DNA of 63,623 bases, filler included, from 4 parts of 4 records of this genome joined end to end with filler, not necessarily neighbours in it; one strand, 5' to 3'; positions 40,059 to 50,150 are shown, counted from the first letter of the whole stretch. Program-made: numbers and translations. Notes: generated by a model from the letters alone, not told the origin.

Positions 40059-41204
40059 ATGAGTGTTCCCGAGGATGTGAGTAAGACGGTAGTCTATGAA
40101 AGGCCGAGCTTTCAACCTGTCTCTCAAGAAAGTAACTTTGTTATTGAGGGAAACCTTGGCAAAGGCGGCATGGGAACCATTTATGATGCTTTTGATCGAA
40201 ATGTCCGCCGTAAAGTTGCCATCAAGAGTATTAACTCTGAAATCGCCGAAAAAGAAATTAGCCGTAAATATTTCACTAAAGAAGCGCAGATCACGGGTCA
40301 GTTAGAACACCCCAATATTATACCAGTTTATGAAATGGGGGTGAATCCACAAGGTCGCTTATACTATGTGATGAAGCGCGTTCAAGGCGTGACTTTAGCC
40401 GATGTTTTAGATGGCATAAAGGATGGTCAGAGGCGTATGATTCGTCAGTATTCTTTACCTGTGTTACTCTCGATTTTTCAAAAGGTACTCGATGCTATTT
40501 CTTTCGCTCATGCCCGAGGAGTTGTTCATCTCGATCTGAAGCCGGAAAATATAATGGTAGGGGAATTTGGTGAAGTATTAGTGTTAGATTGGGGTATTGC
40601 TCGTTTGCGTCGCCGTAGTCAAAATGTAGATGAGAGTTTGTTCGTGACTTTAGATGATTCAGTAAATATTGGCGATGATTTTGAAAATGAACAAGTAATC
40701 GGAACACCGGCTTTTATGGCACCTGAACAAGCTTCAGGACGATCAGAGAAGATTGGGACCCGCACAGATATTTATGCTTTGGGAGCAATACTGTATAATA
40801 TTTTAACTTTAAGAGCACCTGCATCAGGAAGAACGACTACAGTGGTTTTAAAGAAAATAGTTACAGGTCGTGTGATAGACCCTTTATCCTACAATGAGCC
40901 CAATAATAAACGTGATGAAGATGTTGTTTCTCTACGTCACTTACCCGACGAAAAAGTTCCTGAACCTTTAGCTAAGATCTGTATGAAGTCAATGAGTGAA
41001 CATCTAAATGATCGTTATCAAAAGGTGCGGGGCCTTCAAGAAGATTTGTATGCTTATTTTTCAGGTTACGCAACAATCGCCGAAGATGCAGGATTTAGTC
41101 GTCGGTTGTTTCTCTATGTAAGCCGCAATAAATACTTAATAATTACAGTTATTCTACTGATGATTATCAACCTTATTGTTTTACTCATAGCGATTGTCAA
41201 ATAA
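40059..41204 (+). CDS. Ser/Thr protein kinase with C-terminal membrane anchor
   Basis: GKGGMG, VAIK, QLEHPNI, HLDLKPEN, DWG, GTPAFMAPEQ, C-terminal hydrophobic helix. Confidence 0.9.
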   Translation: MSVPEDVSKTVVYERPSFQPVSQESNFVIEGNLGKGGMGTIYDAFDRNVRRKVAIKSINSEIAEKEISRKYFTKEAQITGQLEHPNIIPVYEMGVNPQGRLYYVMKRVQGVTLADVLDGIKDGQRRMIRQYSLPVLLSIFQKVLDAISFAHARGVVHLDLKPENIMVGEFGEVLVLDWGIARLRRRSQNVDESLFVTLDDSVNIGDDFENEQVIGTPAFMAPEQASGRSEKIGTRTDIYALGAILYNILTLRAPASGRTTTVVLKKIVTGRVIDPLSYNEPNNKRDEDVVSLRHLPDEKVPEPLAKICMKSMSEHLNDRYQKVRGLQEDLYAYFSGYATIAEDAGFSRRLFLYVSRNKYLIITVILLMIINLIVLLIAIVK

Positions 41205-41266
41205 TTCTCCTATTGACTTTTGGCTGAGAAGTATATCTTTAGTGCCAAAAGAATTAATGGTGCGCT

Positions 41267-42835
41267 ATGAGTAAAAATGATTTCGAAGAATTTCAGAAGC
41301 AGTTACAAAAAATGTTTGGCAATAATGCCAAAGTTCAAAACCCTTTTAATGGTTTTCAATCTGCCCCTCAAGAGCCAGAAGTAGAGCCTCAAGAGCCAGA
41401 GCCAGTAGTTGATGTTTTTGAAAAAATAAGAAACTTTAATCTAAAGCCTAAGCATGTACGCGACGAATTAGATAAATTTGTGGTTAAGCAGTCAGAGGCC
41501 AAAAAGGTTCTATCTGTAGCAGTATGTGATCATTATAATCACGTTCGCCGTTGCCTTGAGGAAGAAGATACTTTAGGCGATGAATATGCTAAGCAAAATA
41601 TCATTGTTCTGGGTCCTACTGGTGTAGGTAAGACTTACCTTTTGAAGTGTATCGCCCGCATTATTGGTGTGCCTTTTGTGAAAGCAGATGCAACAAAATT
41701 CTCAGAGACCGGTTATATCGGTCGCGATGTGGAAGATATGGTTCGTGACTTGGTTAAGGCAGCTGATGATAATGTCGAGCTTGCCGAGTTTGGTATAGTT
41801 TATATAGATGAAATTGATAAGCTAGCGACAGCCAGTGACCGTGGCGGTAAGGATGTAAGTGGCCGTGGTGTGCAAATTAATCTATTAAAGATGATGGAAG
41901 AAGCTGAAGTTAGCCTTAAGAGTCAAAACGACATGATGGGGCAAATGGAGTTCATGATGAATATGGCGGGCAACAAGTCCGGCAAGAAAAAGAACACCAT
42001 AAATACACGGCACATCCTATTTATTGTAAGTGGGGCCTTTTCAAATTTAGCAGAGCGCATTGAACGTCGATTGGCCGGGCCTCAAATAGGTTTTACTTCT
42101 AACAGAGCGAATGAGGTTGAGCTTAACTCCTATTTATCTCAGGTTGAGACCGCGGATTTTGTTGATTATGGCTTTGAGCCTGAGTTTATTGGTCGCTTGC
42201 CAGTTCGCGTTGCTTGTGAATCTTTGGAAGCTAAAGATCTTGAGGCCATACTGAATAACTCTCAAGGTAGTATTCTTAAACAGTACGGAGAAGACTTTTC
42301 GGGTTACGATATTTCATTTGATATCACTAAAGCTGCCCTTAAAGAAATAGCAGATAGAGCTTATGAAGAGAAAACGGGTGCTCGTGGTCTTATGACTGTT
42401 TTAGAGAAAGTCTTCCGTAACTTTAAGTTTGAATTACCTTCGACCTGCATCAAGAAATTTAAGGTTACCGAGAAAACAGTGGAAGATCCAGAATCTGTTT
42501 TGAAAGAGCTGTTGGCTTCAAATCAGGATTTGCAACGATTGGAGTTACTGAAAGAAGTCGGCGAATTTGCCGCAGGTTTTAAAAAGTCCCAAGGATTAAC
42601 TCTTGAATTTGATGAAGATGCAACCGAGTTAATTGTCGATTTAAGTCTGAAGCTTGATCGTACAGTTAAGGCTATTTGTGAAGACAAATTTAAAGATTAC
42701 CCGTATGGACTGAAATTAATTTCAGAAAAGGGCAATATTCAGGAGTTTAAAATCACTAAACAGGCAGTGATTGATCCAGATAAAGAATTATCAAAATGGG
42801 TTGTTGAAGGTTTTCAAAAGAATCCTGAAGACTAA
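41267..42835 (+). CDS. ClpX-like AAA+ ATPase lacking the N-terminal zinc domain
   Basis: GPTGVGKT, ADATKFSETGYIGRDVE, IDEIDK, DVSGRGVQ, QIGF, PEFIGRLP, TGARGL; extra C-terminal segment. Confidence 0.85.
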   Translation: MSKNDFEEFQKQLQKMFGNNAKVQNPFNGFQSAPQEPEVEPQEPEPVVDVFEKIRNFNLKPKHVRDELDKFVVKQSEAKKVLSVAVCDHYNHVRRCLEEEDTLGDEYAKQNIIVLGPTGVGKTYLLKCIARIIGVPFVKADATKFSETGYIGRDVEDMVRDLVKAADDNVELAEFGIVYIDEIDKLATASDRGGKDVSGRGVQINLLKMMEEAEVSLKSQNDMMGQMEFMMNMAGNKSGKKKNTINTRHILFIVSGAFSNLAERIERRLAGPQIGFTSNRANEVELNSYLSQVETADFVDYGFEPEFIGRLPVRVACESLEAKDLEAILNNSQGSILKQYGEDFSGYDISFDITKAALKEIADRAYEEKTGARGLMTVLEKVFRNFKFELPSTCIKKFKVTEKTVEDPESVLKELLASNQDLQRLELLKEVGEFAAGFKKSQGLTLEFDEDATELIVDLSLKLDRTVKAICEDKFKDYPYGLKLISEKGNIQEFKITKQAVIDPDKELSKWVVEGFQKNPED

Positions 42836-42893
42836 TTTTGCTACGTAACAGGCTCATGGGGAGTACTTAGAAAATAAAAGTATAAAAAATTCC

Positions 42894-42920
42894 TAAAGAA
42901 TTAATTAAGACTGCCGATAG
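42894..42920 (+). promoter_or_regulatory. Sigma-28 (FliA) promoter of the flagellin gene
   Basis: TAAA-N15-GCCGATAG, near-perfect consensus and spacing. Confidence 0.85.
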
Positions 42921-42937
42921 AAATATTTCGATGCATA

Positions 42938-43036
42938 GAATTCGAGGAGGATTCGCCGCATTCTGTCAAGAAATTTTTTCTCGGCAGCTCATTCCGGCAG
43001 GAGGCCGGTGTGTTTATATTAATTCATGGAGGAATT
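42938..43036 (+). promoter_or_regulatory. Three GGA-loop hairpins in the flagellin leader (candidate CsrA sites)
   Basis: GAATTC-GAGGA-GGATTC (42938-42954), CCGGC-AGGAG-GCCGG (42994-43008), AATTC-ATGGAG-GAATT (43021-43036, contains the RBS). Confidence 0.6.
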
Positions 43037-43039
43037 GTT

Positions 43040-43981
43040 ATGTCGTTCGCAGTAAATAACAATACAACTGCATTTGGCGTTTGGTCTAATTTTACCGAAA
43101 ATGCCAGTAATGTTAAAAAAGCAATGGGGCACCTTTCAACTGGTGTCAAAACAGTCTCAGACAATCCGTCTGGAGTAGGTATCAGTGAAAGAATGAGAAG
43201 TCAGGCTCGAAATGTGTCTGCAGCTCGTTCAAACGTTGAGAACTCTCTGTCTTTATTACAGACAGCAGACTCTTGGATGCAGAAAATTAATGACATGCTA
43301 GGTCGTATGTCTGAACTGGGTATTGAAGCTGGTGACGGTACGAAAACGTCCGGTGACAAAGAGAATATCCAGACTGAATTCAAGGAATTGCAGACTGAAA
43401 TTGAACGTATTACGTCTAAGAGTACTGCAGCAGCGAAGTTTAACGGCGTATACCTCTTCCGAGGTGGTAATGGTGTCGCTGTAACAACAGGAGATTCTGT
43501 TGAGACTGGTAATGTTAATGTTCAGATTGGTCCAGACATCAGTCAGACTGTTGACTTATCATTGAAGAACCTAGAAGTAACAAATAGTGAGACAATTGGT
43601 ACAACTGTTTCTTATGGTTATAATTCTAGTAATGTCACTACTGGTTCAACTCATACTGAAGTTACTTGGTCTGAGGTGATCGACAATACACAAACGAGTG
43701 TACAGTCATCAGATATCGTTGGTAAGCTTGCAAAGGCTATTGACTTTATCTCAAATGCTCGAGCTACTAATGGTGCTCAGCAGAACAGACTTGAAGAAAC
43801 TCGTAGTGGTCTCCTATCCTATGAAGACAACTTAAGAGCTGCTGAAAGTAAGATCCGTGATGTGGATATGGCGCGTGAGTCTACCGACTTCGCTAAGTTC
43901 CAGATCTTGAATCAGGTATCTAATGCAATGTTGGCTCAGGCTAACCAGATGCCAGGACAAGTTCTACAGTTAGTCGGATAA
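43040..43981 (+). CDS. fliC: Flagellin
   Basis: N-terminal LSTG...SERMRSQ, LQTAD, RMSEL; C-terminal GAQQNRLE, AAESKIRDVDMA, AMLAQANQMPGQVLQL. Confidence 0.93.
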   Translation: MSFAVNNNTTAFGVWSNFTENASNVKKAMGHLSTGVKTVSDNPSGVGISERMRSQARNVSAARSNVENSLSLLQTADSWMQKINDMLGRMSELGIEAGDGTKTSGDKENIQTEFKELQTEIERITSKSTAAAKFNGVYLFRGGNGVAVTTGDSVETGNVNVQIGPDISQTVDLSLKNLEVTNSETIGTTVSYGYNSSNVTTGSTHTEVTWSEVIDNTQTSVQSSDIVGKLAKAIDFISNARATNGAQQNRLEETRSGLLSYEDNLRAAESKIRDVDMARESTDFAKFQILNQVSNAMLAQANQMPGQVLQLVG

Positions 43982-44003
43982 TATATCTGAATTAACAGAT
44001 TGA

Positions 44004-44032
44004 AAAAGGCGGCTGCTCCTCAGCCGCCTTTT
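44004..44032. terminator. Bidirectional intrinsic terminator
   Basis: AAAAGGCGGCTG-CTCCT-CAGCCGCCTTTT between convergent genes. Confidence 0.85.
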
Positions 44033-44054
44033 GTGTATCAGGATAAATGAATTT

Positions 44055-44678
44055 TTAATAAGCAACGGGGACCTTATTAGAAATTGAATATTCATTAATG
44101 GCAGCAATATCTTTAGATGTTAAGATGTGCCCTTTTTTCATAAGTAGTACTCCATTGTCAGTTCTCAAATCACCTTTTAGTGTCATGCCAGCGGTAAGGC
44201 TGTCACACATAAGAAAGTCATTGTGTATTTCAGAATGAGTTATAGAAAAATACTGAATAATATCGATAATTTCTTTTTGGCCTTCACTAACTTCACCGAT
44301 TAGTTTTTGTTGTTTGTGTGTTTTTATAGCTTTGCTAATGATAGCTCTGAGATCTTGGCCGTTAAAGGGCTTTTGAATGAACATATAAACCTGAGCCTGA
44401 TTAATTGAGGCAATTGTATTTTTATAATCACATTCACCAGTAAGAAGAATTCGAATGGAGTAAGGAGATATTCTTTTAACTTGAGTGAGTAGATCAACGC
44501 CATTGGTTCCGGGCATTTTGTGATCGGAAACAATGACCGCTATATCTTCCTGTTCGAGGATGTCCAATGCATCTTTGGCTCCATTGGCAAAAAAGAGTTT
44601 GTAGTCTTCTTTAAAGAGCGCCAATTTTAGAGAATGTAATACTCTAGGTTCATCATCTATAAAAAGTACTTTATCCAT
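44055..44678 (-). CDS. Response regulator (REC domain plus non-HTH C-terminal region)
   Basis: FIDDE, SDHKMPG, LLTG, QKPF; tail LTAGMTLKGDLRTDNGVLLMKKG. Confidence 0.85.
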   Translation of the reverse strand: MDKVLFIDDEPRVLHSLKLALFKEDYKLFFANGAKDALDILEQEDIAVIVSDHKMPGTNGVDLLTQVKRISPYSIRILLTGECDYKNTIASINQAQVYMFIQKPFNGQDLRAIISKAIKTHKQQKLIGEVSEGQKEIIDIIQYFSITHSEIHNDFLMCDSLTAGMTLKGDLRTDNGVLLMKKGHILTSKDIAAINEYSISNKVPVAY

Positions 44679-44699
44679 AAGGTTCCCTTATTCTAGTAT

Positions 44700-45059
44700 T
44701 TATCTTCGGCGTTTGTTATCGCGGTTATAATCATCTGAATTGAAACCAAAATCAATGATTCCTAAGTTCGAAATAGCGTTAAAAATGGTACCTGATTGTA
44801 GCGTTTGTGTGACGGCTAAGTTTGAAGTTTGCAAGTCTTGCTTTGTTAAGCTAGGGGTTTTCCGTAGTCCAAATTTATTTTTTCGACTGATGAGGGCGAT
44901 ATAAATATCTTTGATGTAAGCTTGGACGCTGTAAAACCTTGACTTAATTATGTGACCTTGAATAGATGGTTCAGTTTGGTTGATTGAATGTATTTTCTGT
45001 GCGGTTAAGAATATTAAATAGAGACTGGCTGCTGATGTTATAATTAAGAAAGTCATCAT
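44700..45059 (-). CDS. Hypothetical protein with N-terminal TM helix
   Basis: 119-aa ORF with purine-rich RBS (AAAGGGGA); no recognised motif. Confidence 0.5.
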   Translation of the reverse strand: MMTFLIITSAASLYLIFLTAQKIHSINQTEPSIQGHIIKSRFYSVQAYIKDIYIALISRKNKFGLRKTPSLTKQDLQTSNLAVTQTLQSGTIFNAISNLGIIDFGFNSDDYNRDNKRRR

Positions 45060-45266
45060 TCAATATTCCCCTTTATTTAAAAGTAGATAAAGCACAAGAT
45101 GTTCTTAGCGTCATTAGTGATTTTTAAGTTGTTTATTTGTAGTGTTTTATGATTGTATTTATTTTGTTCAGTCTGGTTTGGTGTGCGAATTTAGTAACAA
45201 ATAAAGGGGCGATTTTGATGACATCGGGAAGAGGGGAGTTAGACTTTCTTTTTCATTAGAGTTGCT

Positions 45267-47186
45267 TCAGCTTGCTTTAGCAATTAGGTCTTCAATTGGA
45301 AGATTAATAATAAACTCTGTTCCTTCACCAACAATTGACCTTACATCTATTTTTCCATGGTGTTTTTTAATTATGAAGTCATAGGCTATTGCTAAGCCCT
45401 GTCCAGTGCCGACTCCGACTTCTTTAGTAGTGAAGAAAGGATCAAAGATTTTGTTTCGAATATCATCTGGTATACCATTGCCAGAGTCACTTACAGTAAC
45501 AATCACCTCACCATTCATTTCCATTGTGGAAATATTAATTGACCCTTTTTCCGTTTTATCTAAATTTTTGTTTTTTTCTTGGATAGCTTGAGCTGCATTA
45601 ATTATCAGGTTTAAGAATACTTGATTTAAACGAACAGGAAAACATTTTAAATTTGGTAAATGCTCATCAAGGGCGAGGTTAATTTCTGCACAGTACTTCC
45701 ATTCATTTCGTGTAACATTAACGGTATCTTTAATTATCTGATTTATGTTGAAGTATGTTTTGTCGCATTGATTCGGATGAGTGAAGCCTTTTACGGATTT
45801 GACTATGCGGCTAATTTGCTCAAGTCCATACAAACTTCCATTTATTGCATTTGGAATTTCTTCTTCATAAAACTCAAGGCTCATTTTTTCTGCGATATCC
45901 TCAAGTTCCTTAATATTGTGCTTATGAACGGTTTTAAGAAATTTACTAATGCTTTCAAAACCATCTTTGATGAATCTGTTGTAGTCCATTATGTATTGCG
46001 CTGGGGTATTAATTTCATGAGCTATACCCGCTGCCAATAAACCAATAGATTCTAGCTTTTGAGCCTGTAGTAGTTTTTCTGTTAATTCTGCTCTATCGCT
46101 TATGTCTCTTATTATTATCGTAAAAAGTCTTTTGCCATTTGAATTAAATGAACTAGTTGAAACTTCAACAGGAATAGCGTTGTTATTAAAGTCATAGAGT
46201 GTGGCTTCAACTATACTAATTAATTTGCAGCTGTTATGATCTTCAAGAAGATTAAGCTCAAAGCAAGGTATATAGTCATTTAGATTAAATGAAGCATCGT
46301 TATCTTGGTGGATATCTATAATAGATCTAAATGACTCATTCATTTCTAGAATTTGGCCTTCTTTATCAGTACAAACTATTGCATCACCAGCAGTTTCCAT
46401 AATGTTTTTAAATCTTAGTGTAGCATATTTGCTTTTAACACTTTCTTTTAAAGCTACTTCTTTTGCTTTCAATAAGGCTAGTATATAATCACCCATCTGT
46501 TTAGATAACTGAGTTATTTCTTTAGGGCCAGTAAGGTTGAAATCACTAGAGTTTATATCAACTTTTTGAGTTAGAAATGTTAGCTTCTGTATAGGCCCAA
46601 CGATATTCATAGAAGACCAGCGAAGCATAAAAAATGTAAACAGGGGGATAATAGCTAAAAGGGAATATGTTGATTTTTTTTGAAGCTCTTTTTGTATTAA
46701 TATTTTTTCACTTAGTTCATCTAAATCCTTATTGATGTTTTCTTTTAATACTGTTATCGGCTGATCAATATTTAATGTTATGTTATCAGTTTGTTGGATG
46801 GCTTTTTGCCATATTGCGTCATTATTCACATCAGCAGTTAATTGGAGCTTATGGCATATAGCAATTGTTTCTTTGATTTTTTCGTAAATGGCGAGACTTT
46901 CAGGAGCTTTGAGGAATGAGTTAATTCTATTTATAGTCGAGGCCTCTTGCCGAACTCCTTCATACAAATAAGTTTGACGGTTTACTAAGAAAAGATCAAG
47001 AGTCGTAAGCCACTGAGTGATTAAGGTTTCAAGGTTTTTAACTTCATTATTTTTTAAAGTAAGCTCATAAAGTTTACTTTGATTGTCGTCAATGTATTTG
47101 CCTTGATAGTAGACTATACCAGAGGTGAACAGACCCATTAGCATACAAGTAATGATCATTATAGTTGTGTATTGTGCAATTCTCAT
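45267..47186 (-). CDS. Membrane sensor histidine kinase (periplasmic domain, HAMP-like, PAS)
   Basis: Two TM helices, PAS region, [51 protein letters not shown]. Confidence 0.92.
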   Translation of the reverse strand: MRIAQYTTIMIITCMLMGLFTSGIVYYQGKYIDDNQSKLYELTLKNNEVKNLETLITQWLTTLDLFLVNRQTYLYEGVRQEASTINRINSFLKAPESLAIYEKIKETIAICHKLQLTADVNNDAIWQKAIQQTDNITLNIDQPITVLKENINKDLDELSEKILIQKELQKKSTYSLLAIIPLFTFFMLRWSSMNIVGPIQKLTFLTQKVDINSSDFNLTGPKEITQLSKQMGDYILALLKAKEVALKESVKSKYATLRFKNIMETAGDAIVCTDKEGQILEMNESFRSIIDIHQDNDASFNLNDYIPCFELNLLEDHNSCKLISIVEATLYDFNNNAIPVEVSTSSFNSNGKRLFTIIIRDISDRAELTEKLLQAQKLESIGLLAAGIAHEINTPAQYIMDYNRFIKDGFESISKFLKTVHKHNIKELEDIAEKMSLEFYEEEIPNAINGSLYGLEQISRIVKSVKGFTHPNQCDKTYFNINQIIKDTVNVTRNEWKYCAEINLALDEHLPNLKCFPVRLNQVFLNLIINAAQAIQEKNKNLDKTEKGSINISTMEMNGEVIVTVSDSGNGIPDDIRNKIFDPFFTTKEVGVGTGQGLAIAYDFIIKKHHGKIDVRSIVGEGTEFIINLPIEDLIAKAS

Positions 47187-47187
47187 T

Positions 47188-47997
47188 TTATTGCCAAGAT
47201 GTTGATGTTAGAATTTCTTTTATAGTTTTAATTTTGGTAAGGTTTAATTTTGCTGATAATGGGGAATAGAAAGATACTAATTTATCATTCTTGAATTCTG
47301 CGGTAAATTTAAGTGAAGTAGCATTTAACGCATGCCCTTCTATGTATGTAATCTCAGATTTTTTTAAGTAACTTAAAGCATAATTTTTTACTTGAGATTT
47401 TTTAGCATTTTCCATAAAGTTTTGGGGACTGCGATAAGAATGTAACTTGGAGTTCCAGGCAATATCAGTAAGTGCGACCGTCTTTAAGGCCGATTTGTGC
47501 ATGAGTTTAAGTAGTATTTTAGCATTTTCTGTTTTAAGTGATGCTTTAGAAAAATTAGTACTTTCGAGAAGTTCATAAAAGTTTTTACCTATGAAGAGCT
47601 TTTTTATGGCAGGTTTTAAGATTTCATATTTTTCACTAGTGCGACATCTTTGAAAAGCATAGTCTTTTATAGTTAAATCAAGATTTAAAGACCATACTAT
47701 TTCAATTAACCCCCATTTACTTTGTTCTGATCTGGCATGGATAAGTCCATTTATAGAACCTTTATCTGTAATAATGTACAGATTGTGTCTTCCTATTTCA
47801 TAATAATGTAGGGGGAATGGTAAAAGTGAATTTAGGTCTTTTCTAGTTTCTTCATTTATAGAGCTGATAATAGTTTTATAATTATTGCAATTTGGGTATA
47901 AAGCTTTGATTTTTGCTTGAGGGTTTCTGAGTGAGCAATAACCCTGACCTTGTAAAGAACTACAAAGAAAGAGAAGTGTTATAACAATGAGTTTCAT
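47188..47997 (-). CDS. Exported hypothetical protein
   Basis: Signal peptide, YCSLRNP and FQRCR cysteine motifs; stop lies 1 nt before the kinase start. Confidence 0.7.
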   Translation of the reverse strand: MKLIVITLLFLCSSLQGQGYCSLRNPQAKIKALYPNCNNYKTIISSINEETRKDLNSLLPFPLHYYEIGRHNLYIITDKGSINGLIHARSEQSKWGLIEIVWSLNLDLTIKDYAFQRCRTSEKYEILKPAIKKLFIGKNFYELLESTNFSKASLKTENAKILLKLMHKSALKTVALTDIAWNSKLHSYRSPQNFMENAKKSQVKNYALSYLKKSEITYIEGHALNATSLKFTAEFKNDKLVSFYSPLSAKLNLTKIKTIKEILTSTSWQ

Positions 47998-48006
47998 GTT
48001 GATCTC

Positions 48007-48987
48007 CTAAAAAATGTATCGTAGTTGGAATTCAATTAAGCTTGAGCGGCTATTTTCTGGATTTCGATCTATTTCGAAAGTGACCTGTGTGCTTAGTGTT
48101 ACGTATGGAGAGAATTGATACTTTGCCCCGACTAGTAATGCGGAAGAATTTTGCTGAGTTTGAATGTCTTGATACTGATATTGAAGATATAGCTCATTTT
48201 GTTCATCTTGACTTAACCAGTTGACTTCAAAAAGACCACCGAACATATCGTCATCTTCATGTTTACCTCCGTGAACTTCAGTAATTAGGCTTAGAATTCC
48301 GAAATGGTATTCAAAGTCCCATGCAAGTAAATTTCGTTGATAAGTTTCTTTATCTTTCAAAAGGTCACCTGAAAATATTGAAAGGCCTGTAGACCATTGA
48401 CAGTCATTTAGAGTTGAGATACGGCCAGCATAAGCCGAGGGGTTTTGTCTATCTTTGTATTTAAGTCCAGAACCACGTGTAACAGAAAATTCGTATTGCC
48501 ATTGGTTCAATTGTTGACCAATTGCTAAGCCCCAGTCCATCTTTAAACCAAGCTTTTTGGTCTGACCATATTGATGAAGGTTTCCAAAAGTATTTTTGGT
48601 GTACTCTATGCCAAAAGGTACTTCAAAGTGTCCTATTTTGACCCAAGGGTAATTGTTGCCAAAGCCGGTATAGGTAAAAGTGACAGTTCTCCATATAAAC
48701 TCGGTATCGTGATTATCATCGTAATAGCCGGGTGTTCTAACTCCGTTGTCTATGCGGTGGAGAAAAGGTTGAATTAGCAATTGTCCAATATCTTGATTCC
48801 CAGTTTGAAAAATCTTGAAGATTTCTAGTCCTATGAAGTGTTGGAATGAGGTTTCCTCGGCACGTTCAAGGTAACTAATTCTGCTAGTTAAATCATAATT
48901 TAAACGGCTATTTTCCCAAAAGGGTATCTCTGTATCAGCGTAGAGTATAGACTGTAAGATGATGATTATTATTAATATTTTTTTCAT
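48007..48987 (-). CDS. Putative outer-membrane beta-barrel protein
   Basis: Signal peptide, alternating amphipathic strands, KIGHFEVPFGIE, C-terminal QLRYIF; AGGAGA RBS. Confidence 0.72.
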   Translation of the reverse strand: MKKILIIIIILQSILYADTEIPFWENSRLNYDLTSRISYLERAEETSFQHFIGLEIFKIFQTGNQDIGQLLIQPFLHRIDNGVRTPGYYDDNHDTEFIWRTVTFTYTGFGNNYPWVKIGHFEVPFGIEYTKNTFGNLHQYGQTKKLGLKMDWGLAIGQQLNQWQYEFSVTRGSGLKYKDRQNPSAYAGRISTLNDCQWSTGLSIFSGDLLKDKETYQRNLLAWDFEYHFGILSLITEVHGGKHEDDDMFGGLFEVNWLSQDEQNELYLQYQYQDIQTQQNSSALLVGAKYQFSPYVTLSTQVTFEIDRNPENSRSSLIEFQLRYIF

Positions 48988-49010
48988 ATTATCTCCTATC
49001 ACATAGCCTA

Positions 49011-49027
49011 TTGCAACTTATGCGCCT
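49011..49027 (-). promoter_or_regulatory. Candidate sigma-54 promoter
   Basis: Minus strand AGGCGCATAAGTTGCAA gives GG-N10-GC about 25 nt upstream of ATG 48987. Confidence 0.45.
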
Positions 49028-49152
49028 TGCCGCCATAAGTTTATGTAAAATAAACACTATTAAGTCTTTATGTAATTTTATAAGGTGTCAACAATACTTA
49101 AATGTGCGGATTGCCGAATATCTGATCGTTTGTGAGAGGAATGTTTGTGCGG

Positions 49153-49187
49153 AATTAGGGAATTATAATTCTAGAAATTCCCTAATT
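49153..49187. repeat. Perfect 12-bp inverted repeat (terminator or operator)
   Basis: AATTAGGGAATT-N11-AATTCCCTAATT. Confidence 0.6.
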
Positions 49188-49256
49188 TAATATAATGTAT
49201 TTATAATAAGATATTTATAGTATTTTATTTTGTCCGGTAAATGTAAAATTCTTTAC

Positions 49257-49829
49257 TTAGCTTAATCTTTGATTATATGTGTTGAAAGTTTCTTTATATT
49301 TCAGCCCAATGAGCAATAATAACCCTGTAATAATTAAGAAAATCTCAGCAGGCTCAGGTACGAGTGCAATAGTTTCAATGAGACTTTGTACGTTTGTTTC
49401 ACCAATATCTACTGCAAATAGAAGGTCATTAAAGTCCATGTCACCACCATTCAGTAAATCCTCAAATCCTATTAAAAGGTATGATGAGTCTTCTATTGCA
49501 AAGCTTACAACATGCGGAATACCATCAGGATTAACACTTTCATCAGTAGAGTAGACGTATTGTCCTCCATATGCGCCATTTCCAATTAAGAAAAAGTCTA
49601 AGTGTGTCCCTGCTGTTAAGGTGCCAAGATCAACAAAGTCACCCTGAGCCAACGGGGTACTGTTGGTTCTATATGTTGGATTATTTGGATTTAAATAGTC
49701 ACTACTTGTGCTCGAATCAGGGAAGATTAGTTGTGGATCTCCGGATGTTACTCCTCCACCATCAGTATTAAAGCCCAAAGTGTTATGATAACCAGCACCT
49801 TCACCGACAAAATAAACTCTAACATCTGA
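49257..49829 (-). CDS. DUF4114-like PEP-CTERM surface protein (5' truncated)
   Basis: RVYFVGEGAGYHNTLG, IGFEDLLNGGDMDFNDLLFAVDIG, then VPEP, a TM helix and basic residues. Confidence 0.8.
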   Translation of the reverse strand, partial: SDVRVYFVGEGAGYHNTLGFNTDGGGVTSGDPQLIFPDSSTSSDYLNPNNPTYRTNSTPLAQGDFVDLGTLTAGTHLDFFLIGNGAYGGQYVYSTDESVNPDGIPHVVSFAIEDSSYLLIGFEDLLNGGDMDFNDLLFAVDIGETNVQSLIETIALVPEPAEIFLIITGLLLLIGLKYKETFNTYNQRLS

Positions 49830-49929
49830 NNNNNNNNNNNNNNNNNNNNNNNNNNNNNNNNNNNNNNNNNNNNTTAATTAATTAANNNNNNNNNNNNNNN
49901 NNNNNNNNNNNNNNNNNNNNNNNNNNNNN
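49830..49929. other. Artificial contig spacer
   Basis: N run with TTAATTAATTAA at 49874-49885. Confidence 0.98.
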
Positions 49930-50056
49930 TGTATCTATTGAAAATATTGAGCCTGAGTTTAATGCCTCAACTGATGAATTAGAAGAAGAATTTAATCAAG
50001 AAACTGAAGAAGAGCTTTTAGATATTCCTACTTTTTTGAGAAGGCAGGCTAATTAA
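49930..50056 (+). CDS. ftsZ: FtsZ C-terminal fragment
   Basis: Manual translation ...EEELLDIPTFLRRQAN*, the conserved FtsZ tail, upstream of lpxC. Confidence 0.9.
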
Positions 50057-50150
50057 GGTTATAATCTGACTGTAATATTTTGTAATATTCAGTTAGTTGC
50101 GGATTCTCCTAAAAAATATAAAAAAAGTGCTGTATTCAGCACTTTTTATT

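Noticed and set aside
41366-41400. CCTCAAGAGCCAGA direct repeat
   Set aside because: It encodes a low-complexity PQEPE linker in frame and is not a mobile or regulatory repeat.
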